The notes under the pieces: generated by a model
The model's database searches: none
Told to the model about the DNA's origin: nothing
Seen by the model: only the letters and a program-made list of their open reading frames with translations
Position numbers and translations under genes: made by a program
Part shown: one piece after another, positions 47,702 to 57,814 of the stretch
Layout of the letters: every line of letters starts with the position of its first letter
Numbering within the stretch: the stretch's first letter is position 1
Assembly: GCA_905178155.1 (NCBI GenBank)
Contig: CAJINV010000011.1
Location: forward strand, 3,195,144-3,259,143
Origin: Amoebophrya sp. A120
Taxonomy: Eukaryota; Protista; Dinoflagellata
Length of the DNA stretch: 64,000 nt
Direction: 5' to 3'

Positions 47702-49093
47702 ATGGCACACACAACGACAACACTTGTGGACCTCCTTGAAAAGTGCGGCCCAGGTCACGAGATTTTGAGTTTCTTGCACGGTGGTGAAGTTGCTGGGCTT
47801 GCTTGCGTCTCGAAGACGGCGCGCGCTGCCGTCTCCCGGGATGATGGCACGCTGCGATGTGATCACCTGGTAATCCGGTTCGGGTGTAAGGCGCGGATGG
47901 ACGACTTTGGCAGTTTCATGATTGCCCAGCGACGCGACCTGGGGCACATATTCACGCGTGTCGATTTGCGGGGCGTTCAATCATTACTCGTTGAGGTTCG
48001 GGCGGACTACGGAGAACACCCGGAAGAGCCGCCAGTTGTCATTGATCACATCATTCCAGACATTCTTCCCTTGATGTGCGGGCAAAAGCTGAGACAGTTC
48101 GGCATGATCGTGCTCGATATAACTCCGATACCGCGTCGAGCCAGCGTCCCTGAAAATTGGAGAAGGCAGGAGGACCCGGAGCCCTGTGAGCAGTCAGCAT
48201 TCACTCGCTTCGCGCGCGCCTTGTCGTCGCTGAGGGGGTCTCTGGAGGTGCTGCACCTGCCCGGCTGCTTGGCAGAGCAGAGCATTGACCTCCCTCCGGA
48301 CGTCATCGTGCGCATGCGCAAGTTGAGGGAGTTACACATCACGAGCGTTTTCGATTTTGGACGTGTTTCTTCTGATTCCCTTTTGAGTGCTGTCCTTCCG
48401 GAGCCCGCTGGCGCTACCGGTCCCCGCGGCCTCGCTGTATTTTCCTGTCGTGGGTTCAGGGTCGGAAATTGGACAGCGTTTCAAACAGGAATGTCGGGTA
48501 AACACACGGAAATTTGGAGGAAGATCGCGACACCCTCGTTGCGAAAACTTTCCTTCCGTATTATTTGGAGCACCGCACAGAATTACTACGACGACGTTAT
48601 CAAGAAAGCCACTTGGTTCTGGCGCTGTTGCGAGAACGTTACGAGCCTTGAGGTTGACATCGTGCCATGCGACGAAGTGCTTGCGCTTCTTCCCAACTTA
48701 CGTTCGCTGACCCTTGCCGGTAGGGACTGGCTGGGGGGTGATGATTACAGAGAGAATAACGCCCGTGGATCGTTCGTCAACCTAGTACGCAACTTCAACT
48801 TCCGCAAATGTGCGCTGGTCCTCCACCGTGTCGAGCTCTCTCACCTTGAGTTCGGCATTCTATTCGGAATCTTAACGGGCGTGTACAAGGAGATTGTCGA
48901 ACACGAGGAAAACAGCGCAGCAGCGTCGCCGTTTCTGCACAACAGGAAGCTCTGGAAAGTGCTGTCCGATATATTAGACCAACAAACGGAGCAGGACCCG
49001 CCCAGGGAGGCCAAGATGATTGCGGTCACAAGTGGCCCGCCCTTGTGCCCCATGGTTGAGATGGAGGTTAATTCAGAAGAACAAGAAAAATAA
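47702..49093 (+). CDS. F-box-like/LRR-like protein, tandem paralog 2
   Basis: 463-aa ORF; GPGHEILSFLHGGEVAGLACVSK; C-terminal TSGPPLCPM. Confidence 0.82.
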   Translation: MAHTTTTLVDLLEKCGPGHEILSFLHGGEVAGLACVSKTARAAVSRDDGTLRCDHLVIRFGCKARMDDFGSFMIAQRRDLGHIFTRVDLRGVQSLLVEVRADYGEHPEEPPVVIDHIIPDILPLMCGQKLRQFGMIVLDITPIPRRASVPENWRRQEDPEPCEQSAFTRFARALSSLRGSLEVLHLPGCLAEQSIDLPPDVIVRMRKLRELHITSVFDFGRVSSDSLLSAVLPEPAGATGPRGLAVFSCRGFRVGNWTAFQTGMSGKHTEIWRKIATPSLRKLSFRIIWSTAQNYYDDVIKKATWFWRCCENVTSLEVDIVPCDEVLALLPNLRSLTLAGRDWLGGDDYRENNARGSFVNLVRNFNFRKCALVLHRVELSHLEFGILFGILTGVYKEIVEHEENSAAASPFLHNRKLWKVLSDILDQQTEQDPPREAKMIAVTSGPPLCPMVEMEVNSEEQEK

Positions 49094-49547
49094 ATCTGGT
49101 AAGCAGTAAAGTGGGCGTAAGCACTTGCAAGAACAGAAGGGAGCTGTATTTGGACGACTGAGAGCTCAGCAGGATGAATCCGCTTGGAACGAACGCACGC
49201 AATAAAGGTGGGCGCATTTGCTTGTATAACCGGTGTTCTTGTTCGTCGGATCATCCGACGAAAATGTCTACCAAGAAGCAAATCGACGCTGTTTTGAACT
49301 GCTGAGGGACATGCTCTCATGTAGTCGAGACCGAAGCAATTTTCTCGAAGCCTGGATAATGTGGCTTAATCACGTACTTACTCAGATGCCAGGAAATCAC
49401 GCTTCGCGAGCATTTGGTTCATTTTTCAGAAAGTTTTGTCTGTGCAATCTTGTTAGAGTCGTGATAAAACCATCGCTGACAGCACCTTGTTTCCGCAAAC
49501 GAGCTAAACGGGTCTGACGCTTTCACTTTTATACAGGAACTTCTAAA

Positions 49548-50936
49548 ATGGCGCACACGCTCATCGATCTGCTGGGAACGCCGGGTCCGGGGGACGAGAT
49601 TCTTGGCTTCCTCCACGGTGGCGAAGTGGCACGGCTTGCGTGCGTGTCGAAAACCACACGCGAGGCGGTTGCGCGGAAGGACGGAAAGTTGCGCTGTCGC
49701 AACTTGCTGCTGCAATTCGACTGCGAAGGGTCTCCGTATGACAAGCCAGAAGTGCGGCGCCGCGACCTAGGACACATTTTCGCGCGAATGGACACGCAGG
49801 GGCTTCAGTCGCTACTGGTGGAAGTGCGGGCGAGGCCCGCGGATCCGGATGAGGACCGGTTCCCGCCAATAATCATCGACCCGCTGCTGGGACATATCCA
49901 GTCGTTACTGGGTCCAGCATTGCGTGAATTCGGCCTGATCTTAATGTACGTGCATGATGATGATGATAGTGATGATGATGATAGTAACGATGATGCACCG
50001 GTGCCTGATCTCTACCACGACTGCGCGGCCCCGGAAAAAGCCACGCTCAATCATTTTGCGCGGTCTCTGGTGCTGCTGCCGCGACTAGAAAACGTCTTCT
50101 TACCTACGACATTAGCGCTGCAGCCGATTTATTTTCCCCCCGGAGTTTCCGCACGCGTGCCGACCTTGCGGGGAGTGCACCTGATGAGCGAGCTCAACCT
50201 TCTCGACGCCACTCATGAATCGCTGCTGTGTAGGATGCTTGCAATAACCGAAGAGAACTCCGAGCGGAACACTAGTGAGACCGAGGCGTCGACGACGTCC
50301 TCGGCTGATGGAGGCGGGATTGGGATCAGCAACCTCAAGGCTTTCTCCTGTCGGGGGGTCGACTGTAGCAGAATTCAACAGCTTGAAAACATGAAGTCCG
50401 ACGCTGGAGGCGCACTGCTGTGGAAAAAGTTGACCGGGCCTTCCTTGCGAAAGCTATCGCTGTTCGCTTACAGTAGCAATGCTTCGAGGCTCTGGTCCGT
50501 AGGTTGGATGTGGGTCTGCTGTCCCCGGCTTGCACATTTGGAAGTGGATTTCGTACCCCTGAACTGCGAGTGCGACTACCTGAAACGCTTCCCGAAGCTC
50601 GAGTCTCTCTCGCTTCGCGACCTGGATTACGATAAGTCCCAGTGTGGCCGTGCATCGCTGTTGAAACTCCTAACAGAGTTCGACTTTGACGAGCGGCGGC
50701 TGGTTTTTAGTTTGGCGAAGTTATCCGTTTTGGAAATCGGGGTGCTCTACGGCAGAGCGAGTGTCCGTCCGTCGCCTGCTCCTACACGGAGAAAGAATAC
50801 CTACTCGCTCCGGAAGGCGGTTCAGGCTTTTTTCACTTCAGAGGAAAATAGCATCGACACATCTACCTACGTCCTGACGAGTGGCCCGCCACTACTGCCA
50901 ATGATTCCTCACGAAGTTACAATGGAAGATTATTGA
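49548..50936 (+). CDS. F-box-like/LRR-like protein, tandem paralog 3
   Basis: 462-aa ORF with the shared N- and C-terminal motifs. Confidence 0.82.
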   Translation: MAHTLIDLLGTPGPGDEILGFLHGGEVARLACVSKTTREAVARKDGKLRCRNLLLQFDCEGSPYDKPEVRRRDLGHIFARMDTQGLQSLLVEVRARPADPDEDRFPPIIIDPLLGHIQSLLGPALREFGLILMYVHDDDDSDDDDSNDDAPVPDLYHDCAAPEKATLNHFARSLVLLPRLENVFLPTTLALQPIYFPPGVSARVPTLRGVHLMSELNLLDATHESLLCRMLAITEENSERNTSETEASTTSSADGGGIGISNLKAFSCRGVDCSRIQQLENMKSDAGGALLWKKLTGPSLRKLSLFAYSSNASRLWSVGWMWVCCPRLAHLEVDFVPLNCECDYLKRFPKLESLSLRDLDYDKSQCGRASLLKLLTEFDFDERRLVFSLAKLSVLEIGVLYGRASVRPSPAPTRRKNTYSLRKAVQAFFTSEENSIDTSTYVLTSGPPLLPMIPHEVTMEDY

Positions 50937-51569
50937 AGTACGTCGATCGATCATCTTCTTTGCACGGACCTCCTGTCCGGGAATCTAATGTCGCTGTCAT
51001 GTTTGCTCTCATCAGAGTTACGCTTAAAAAAGTAGTCGTGTCCTTCGTGGATGTTGTGTGTGCTTTCCGAATGAATCCATTGAGCCGAGATCTTCTGGTA
51101 CAAGAAGCCACTGCCGAAGTATTGGCGCGAGTCAGGAGGCCTTCACATCATGGGGGCGGTGGATCCATGTGCTGTTTTCGATGCTCCTTCCCTTTCAAAG
51201 GATCGACCTCCGTTCATATTGGACGAGACTCGATGCGATCTTGGCACCGCGTTCCAAAATGTGGGCAGTTTAGTAGATTCTGGCGTTGGAGATGAAATTA
51301 GTACTGGCTGCTTTCTGTTCCTTAGTATATCCTGGCGCTAAGTTAATACTGCTTTCTGTTGTTCCCGACCCTGTGGCTGAAAGATATACGTCGAACTACC
51401 ACGTGAGTTGTCTTTGATGCTCCATATAGGCGAGAGCAGCGGCAGGAAGTAGTTGCAGATGCAGTAGAACAGCGGCACTCTAGACGGAAGAAGGCAATCT
51501 CACCTCATAACTTACTTTCACACGATTCTTCACACATTTGCGTCGTATCTTTAGAACAGAACAAAAATC

Positions 51570-52934
51570 ATGGCGCCACAACACACTCTTGCCACCCTTC
51601 TCGAAACTCCCGGACCCGGTGATGAGGTCCTGAGCTTTCTCCACGGTGCCGAGGTTGCTGGTCTCGCCTGCGTGTCGAAGGAGACGCGCAAAGCCGTCTC
51701 GCGGAAAGACGGCAAGCTGCGGTGCGTGAACTTAGTGGTACGCTTCAAGTGCGCTGAGGAAGATGATGGAGCTACGCTTGTGGCGCAGCGCCGCGCCCTT
51801 GGGCACGTGTTCGCGCGAATGGATATCAATGCGGTCAGATCGCTCCTTGTCGAGGTCCGTACAGACTTCACGGAAAAAACCCGCAGAGTTCGCGCCGACC
51901 AGATCCTCGACCAAATTCAGTCGCTGATGGGGCCGAGGTTGCGGGAGTTTGGGTTGATGGTCGTGAAGAGCGCGAAACTGGATACAGATGAGCACGAGGG
52001 TGAAAGCATCTATGTTGACCCGGAGACTGCGGAGAGGGAGCCCTTCCAGCACTTTGCGCGGTCACTCGTCTCGCTCTCGCAGCTCGAAGTGCTTTACCTC
52101 CCCGGCTCTTGGGCATGCCACTCTGTTGATTTTCCTTCCGGTGTCGACGCGCGGCTGCCCGGGCTGAAGGAGTTGCACATCACCAGTTTCTTCGATTTTC
52201 ACGAGATTACCTCCGCGTCCCTGGTATGTGCAGTCCTTGGACAGACACAGACCGCGGGCAATGGAACAGCTTCTGAACCCCTTCCGCCTCCGGGCTCGTC
52301 CGACTGTTGCGGCCTCGCGGTTTTTTCCTGCCGGGCGTTGTCGTGCCAAAATATTAAAATGCGCGAAGCTCTGCCAGCTGTTGGGGCGAGGCTCTGGGAG
52401 AAATGTATCGCACCGTCGCTTCAAAAGCTCTCTCTCCGCGCGAACTGGGATGGGGACGACCTCATGGAGGCGGATTGGTTCTGGGGATGCTGCAAGGCCG
52501 TGATGCATCTCGAAGTAGACTTTTTGTCGGACGATGGAGGTGAAAATTTTTTCGGTGGGCGCAACTTTCCCGCGTTGAAGTCGCTGACACTTGCCGACCT
52601 GCAATACGCTAGCGACAATTGGGTTCGAACGGGGCTGTTAGAAGTTTTAGAGACGTTGAATTTTTCCAAGCAACAACTGGTTTTCTACAACGCGACAATA
52701 TCGGCGGTCGAACTCGGGTCGATGTACGCCCGTATGCACTGGGCGCCCCCCTCGCGAAAAGGATCAGCGTCGCTCCACAACTGGAAGCTGCGGGAGAAAT
52801 TAGGGGACATCGTGATGGGCGACGACGATATTCATTCAAGCCCCATTACTACGACAACCCCCAAGATTACGACCGGTCCACCGCTTTGCCCTATGTTGGA
52901 AATTGAAGCTACTGCCCACAGGATGAAAAATTGA
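51570..52934 (+). CDS. F-box-like/LRR-like protein, tandem paralog 4
   Basis: 454-aa ORF with the shared motifs. Confidence 0.82.
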   Translation: MAPQHTLATLLETPGPGDEVLSFLHGAEVAGLACVSKETRKAVSRKDGKLRCVNLVVRFKCAEEDDGATLVAQRRALGHVFARMDINAVRSLLVEVRTDFTEKTRRVRADQILDQIQSLMGPRLREFGLMVVKSAKLDTDEHEGESIYVDPETAEREPFQHFARSLVSLSQLEVLYLPGSWACHSVDFPSGVDARLPGLKELHITSFFDFHEITSASLVCAVLGQTQTAGNGTASEPLPPPGSSDCCGLAVFSCRALSCQNIKMREALPAVGARLWEKCIAPSLQKLSLRANWDGDDLMEADWFWGCCKAVMHLEVDFLSDDGGENFFGGRNFPALKSLTLADLQYASDNWVRTGLLEVLETLNFSKQQLVFYNATISAVELGSMYARMHWAPPSRKGSASLHNWKLREKLGDIVMGDDDIHSSPITTTTPKITTGPPLCPMLEIEATAHRMKN

Positions 52935-53546
52935 TCGAGTTGCAGATCCTCATAGCCTTCTCGCGCCCACGGTTCCCGATGTACGTACTGCAAGACTGAT
53001 TGCCAAGTGCAGATTCCTTTTACATATTCGAAAGATCCAGCTACCGCCCTAGTGGTCGCTTTGTCGAGCTACGAAGCGCGCCGGCTGGCAGTGTAGCGTG
53101 TCAAAAAAGATATGAAATGTTTTCGACCGCACAGAAAAGGAAGCGAGGCCATTGAGGTTATTGAGCGATATAAAAACGCTGTTTCGAATGCCGCAATAGC
53201 CTCGCCCACGAGCTTTGTTCGTCGTCGCCTTAATAGTGAGGGTTTGTGGTTGGCACAGGCCGTTCTTTGCGCTGCATTGCAAAAAGCTTGAATGAGTTTG
53301 CGCATTGTGCACCATCGTCTGACGTCGAAGATAAAGAGCCTTGTCTTACAACGAATGACCAATCAATCTACATTGCACGGCCTTATGCTAAAACACGAGC
53401 GAAAACTCCGAAAAGCAAAAATCTTCTCTCATGTAAATGACCAATCAATCAATCTTGTTCTTTAGTTTCAGTGACGGCGCTAAGCGTATTTATAGTGAAG
53501 TGGGATTGTTAACAGCACTTGTCATAATTCCCGCAGCCATCAAGTC

Positions 53547-54956
53547 ATGACATCGCAGCACACCCTCGTAGCTCTCCTGGAAACCTCCGGCCCCAGCGAT
53601 GAGGTGCTGAGCTTTCTCCACGGTGGGGATATTGCAGGCCTGGCCTGCGTGTCAAAGCAGACCCGCAAAGCCGTGCAGCGCGAGGACGGAAAGCTGAAGT
53701 GCATCAATTTGGTGATCCGCTTCAAGTGCGATGAGGTTCCAGGCTCATATGACCTCACCGCCCAGACCCGGGACTTAGGGCATATTTTTGCACGTGTCGA
53801 CGTCCGGGCGGTGAAGACCTTGTTTGTCGAAGTGCACGCAAAGTTTGTCGGCCCCGGAACTGCTGAAGAAAATGCACTTGACGTGAATATCGACCCAATT
53901 TTGCCCCAGGTCCAGTCTTTGATGTTTCCAGAAGTGCAGCACTTCGGCCTGGCTGTTTACGACGTAACGCCAGCGGGCACGCTGGGCTATGAGGATCTCG
54001 GTATGTATCTGGACCCTGAAAGGTGCGACGAGTCTGTTTTCAATCGGTTTGCGCGATCGCTGGTCGCCTTACGGAATTTGCGAACCCTTTTCCTTCCCGG
54101 AAAGATCGCAGAGCAGGGCATCAACTTCCCGGGTGGCGTCAGGACGCAGCTCCCCGAGTTACAGACGGTGCATATCATGAGCTACTTTAACCTCAGCGAT
54201 GTTGATACAGATTCTCTGCTTCACGCTGTCCTTGCGGATGAGGAAGCGAGTACGGGCGACGAAACAGACGACCACGCGGTCGTCGGGAGTGCAGCCGCAG
54301 CCGGTGGAGTAACTGCGCAAGGCGGTCTTGTCGCTTTTTCCTGCTTCGACTTTGATATGGATGGCGTGCGGCGTCTAGCGCCTGACTCCGCGGGCGCAGC
54401 GCTTTGGAGGAAAGCGGTGGGGCCGTCTCTGCGAAAGCTCTCGCTGCGCGGGAACCTGGAGTTCTCCAATGAGGATGGGGACGAAGGGGAATTAAAGTGG
54501 TTCTGGTCTCGGTGTAGCAACGTAACGCACATCGAATTGTCGGGGGCACCACCGAAAAAGTTTTGGCGGGAACGTCTCCCGAGCCTGCAGTCGATTACTT
54601 TTGCCGGCGCGGCTACGTGTGGCCGCAGGGCATTTCGACCCGACATCATAGGGGCTCTAATCAGCCTCGATTTGTCCAAAATTCGCCTGGCGTTTTACGA
54701 CTTCGGCCTGGCTGCCATAGAGTTTGGTGCTTTACTCTATAAGGTGGCGCATGAAAACAAGCAAGGTCATGGCTGGGACGCGAAGAAGTGCAGCGCGTCT
54801 CCGCTTCTTCACAACAAGACATTGCTCCACAGACTTAATATGCTTGCGAAGTCAACGTACAACAAGCCCGACATGTTGAAATATAGGCTCACGAGTGGAC
54901 CACCTTTGTGTCCTATGGCAGAACTGGAGGTTACTGCGGGAAGAGAAGCCGCGTGA
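53547..54956 (+). CDS. F-box-like/LRR-like protein, tandem paralog 5
   Basis: 469-aa ORF with the shared motifs. Confidence 0.82.
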   Translation: MTSQHTLVALLETSGPSDEVLSFLHGGDIAGLACVSKQTRKAVQREDGKLKCINLVIRFKCDEVPGSYDLTAQTRDLGHIFARVDVRAVKTLFVEVHAKFVGPGTAEENALDVNIDPILPQVQSLMFPEVQHFGLAVYDVTPAGTLGYEDLGMYLDPERCDESVFNRFARSLVALRNLRTLFLPGKIAEQGINFPGGVRTQLPELQTVHIMSYFNLSDVDTDSLLHAVLADEEASTGDETDDHAVVGSAAAAGGVTAQGGLVAFSCFDFDMDGVRRLAPDSAGAALWRKAVGPSLRKLSLRGNLEFSNEDGDEGELKWFWSRCSNVTHIELSGAPPKKFWRERLPSLQSITFAGAATCGRRAFRPDIIGALISLDLSKIRLAFYDFGLAAIEFGALLYKVAHENKQGHGWDAKKCSASPLLHNKTLLHRLNMLAKSTYNKPDMLKYRLTSGPPLCPMAELEVTAGREAA

Positions 54957-56316
54957 TGTGTTTTACTTGGTGTGAAGAACGAGTCGCTGCACAGCCTTCA
55001 GGTGTTTTTTTCACGAGGATTGCAATAAGCTGTCTAACAAGAATATGCGCGACCGCCACTCGCGAAAAGATACAAGGCTTCTGTTCAGTACTGCTGGTAC
55101 ATAAGTAGGACAACTTTGCTCATCAACTGCTTGGACGACTTCATCGATCCTGATTTCAGTATGTGATCTTCTGGTCGAACGGTGGCACAGACCAAGCTGC
55201 GAAAAAAGAATGGCATTGGGAAAGCAAAAGCTGAGTCGTTGTGCTTTTGTCAGATGTTTCCGATTATCCTCCTCGTCCAACTCAATTAGAAACGCTCTGT
55301 GAACTAGATCTGGTGGACTTGAATGGGTCTGGAGCTCGACACAGTGATTCTTTTTCAGCGGATCATCGAGATTGAGATTTTGCGATATCTGATGAGAACA
55401 CCGTTTTCCGAAGTCAGATCAGGTTGCTCGTTCTTGTGTCTAGCGTAGATGTCATCTTAGCGTTGGAACATCTGAGATAGATCCGCTTTTCCTACAATGC
55501 AGCTATCTGTGCTTCACACTTGTACTCAGTAGATAAACCTGCAGCTGCTTCACTCAGCAAGACGATTAAAAAATCAGAACGGTACGCGCTGAGGCCCAGA
55601 AAAATCCATCGTAGCACCCTGATTGGGGTCAAACCTTGCGTATATACCCGGGCGCGGTGCCCTCGTGGCACGGCTTTTGTTACACTGCGAAACTATAAGG
55701 ATTTCAGTAGCCTACGCGCGCCATACCATGCGGGTTGGCCCTTCAAAGTCTTCTGGTTTTTGCTTTTGTCTTTTACTCACGACTTTCCGGAATCCCGGGA
55801 TTTCCCGAATCCCGGGATTTGTCGTGAAACTGGTGAAAATCGTGCAAAAGTTGCTTTGTTTTCTATGCTAATCGCGATGGTAGGACCTCTTTTGCACGAG
55901 TTTTTGCACCGTGCAAAAAATCGCGCAAAAGCGTAACAATCGCGTCGCGAATCGCGGTGCTACGGGCCCTGTTTCCGGAGTTGCTTTGTCCTGGTTTTCC
56001 GCGATATTTCGCACAAGTCGCGCAGCCGATCGAATCACGACGGCGCGGCGTTTTTTTCACGATGTGCCCCGCCGTAACACAAATCGGAACAAGCGCTGCG
56101 ATTTTATCTCGAATCGCGATGGGACGCGCCGGCTTCCGACCGGAGTCGGTTTCCGTGGTTTGTCGGTCGCGACCGCCACGTTTGGGAATCGCGACCGGCA
56201 CCGCGGCGCATGTGGGCAGTATTCCCCACCACACTGCCGGCCTTTGCCTGTCGCGCGGAATGTCTCGCGGGTTCTTGTGGTTGTCAATGCGCCACATACT
56301 GTTCGTTGTCGTTGTT

Positions 56317-56405
56317 TTGGTTGTCAATACGCCAGAACGACAACGATACGCCAGAGCGACAACTCGCGACCCCGAGAGTTGTCGCTCTGGCGTATTGACA
56401 ACCAA
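56317..56405. repeat. Inverted repeat / hairpin
   Basis: Perfect 20-bp stem ATACGCCAGAGCGACAACTC (56346-56365) / GAGTTGTCGCTCTGGCGTAT (56376-56395), with further GGTTGTCAAT/ATTGACAACC copies nearby. Confidence 0.85.
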
Positions 56406-56654
56406 CTTGCCAACTGCCGTATTGACAACCAATCACCCAGCCCGCCTTCGCAATACAATATTGCCAACGCCCCTCTCTTTCCCTTCAACCCGCGCAACAA
56501 CACTACTGCTGGGCACGCTTTCACGCCCGTCGGCGCCGCGCGCGGGCGCCCCGCCCAGTGCGGTTGCGGCCCCCCGGGAGGACGAGCGGACCACTCCCAG
56601 AACAGTCACCAACGAGGGGACCGGCCAGCCGCCCAACAGAAGCAGGCAGTGCAA

Positions 56655-57690
56655 TGGTTAGGTCCGTGGTGAGGCCCGCGGGCGCAATAGCTGTGCCCAA
56701 CACACACAAGCCCCGCACTGGTTAGGTCCGTGCTGAGGCCCGCAGGCACAATAGCTGCAGTTCCCCCACCCCTTCGCGATAGCGGACCAGCGGGCAACCC
56801 ACAACACTCCCCCCCCCCCAACCACCCATGCGGGCGGGGCCCGAAAGCCGGGCGCGCCGCAAGTGGGCGGCCCCTTGCGTGCCCGCGGCGAAAAACGGGC
56901 GGAGTCGGCCAGCAAGGCAGCAACCATCCAAACGAACAGGACATCCAAACGAACAGGACAATGGGCCCCCCCCAAACTTTCCCCTTTCAGGCAGGTAACT
57001 AAGAAGGCGGAGGCCCGTTCCGGACCTGATACGGCGGAAGTGGGGGCCCCCTTCGGGCGGGGGCGGCAGGGAGGCGGGGCCCCCTTGTGGGCAAGAAGGG
57101 CCGCGGGGGCCCCCCGCGGGAGGGCAGGAGGCCGCTTTCGGCCGGCAGCCCGCAGGAGGCGGGGGGGCCTCCTGCGCGCAAGCAAGGAGGCGGGGGCTCC
57201 CTGCACGAGCGGTACCCAGCGGCCGGAAGGGCGGGAGCCGGGGGGCCTCCCTGGAGGCGGACCCCCAAAGGGCGAAAGGGTGTGAGGGGGGACGGGCAAG
57301 GAGGCGTCGGCCCCCTGCGCGTGAGCGGTGAAAGAAGGAAGCGGGGGCCCCCTGTAGGCGGGATACCCCCTGCGGGCGGGGGGGGGGCGGGAGCCGGGGA
57401 AGGGGGCCCCCCTGCAGGGGCGCGGGGAGTGAAAGAAGGAGGCAGGGGCCCCCCTGCAGGCGCGGTACCAGCGGTCGGCGCCCCGCGATGCCCAGCGGGC
57501 GAAAGGTTGTGCGGGGGGGCGATCAAGGAGGCGGGGGCCCCCTGTATAGTGGGCAGTGAAAGACGGAGGCGGGGCCCTCCCTGCGGGCGGGAGGGCGGGA
57601 GCCGGGGACGGGGGCCCCCCTGTGGGGAGGCTACCGAGCGGGCGAGAGGCGGGAGGGCGGGGGCCCCCTGTTTTCCCCGAGGGTATGCTC
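56655..57690. repeat. GC-rich degenerate tandem repeats (~63-bp duplication, then a GGGGCCCCC-containing array)
   Basis: TGGTTAGGTCCGTG.TGAGGCCCGC occurs twice; recurrent GGCGGGGCCCCC(C)TG and GTGAAAGA.GGA units at 57040-57670. Confidence 0.7.
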
Positions 57691-57814
57691 GACGCTAAAA
57701 GTCTAACCTTCACCGTGCCATCGTGTTTAAAAATCTGGGCCTCAGCACGTACCGGTCTCTAAAAAATACATACATAAAACCGCAGTTACGTAGCCCTAAT
57801 CTAGCAGAAAGACC

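Noticed and set aside
55863-57762. Multiple long overlapping Pro/Gly/Arg-rich ORFs
   Set aside because: Expected from stop-codon scarcity in very GC-rich repeats; no domain motifs.
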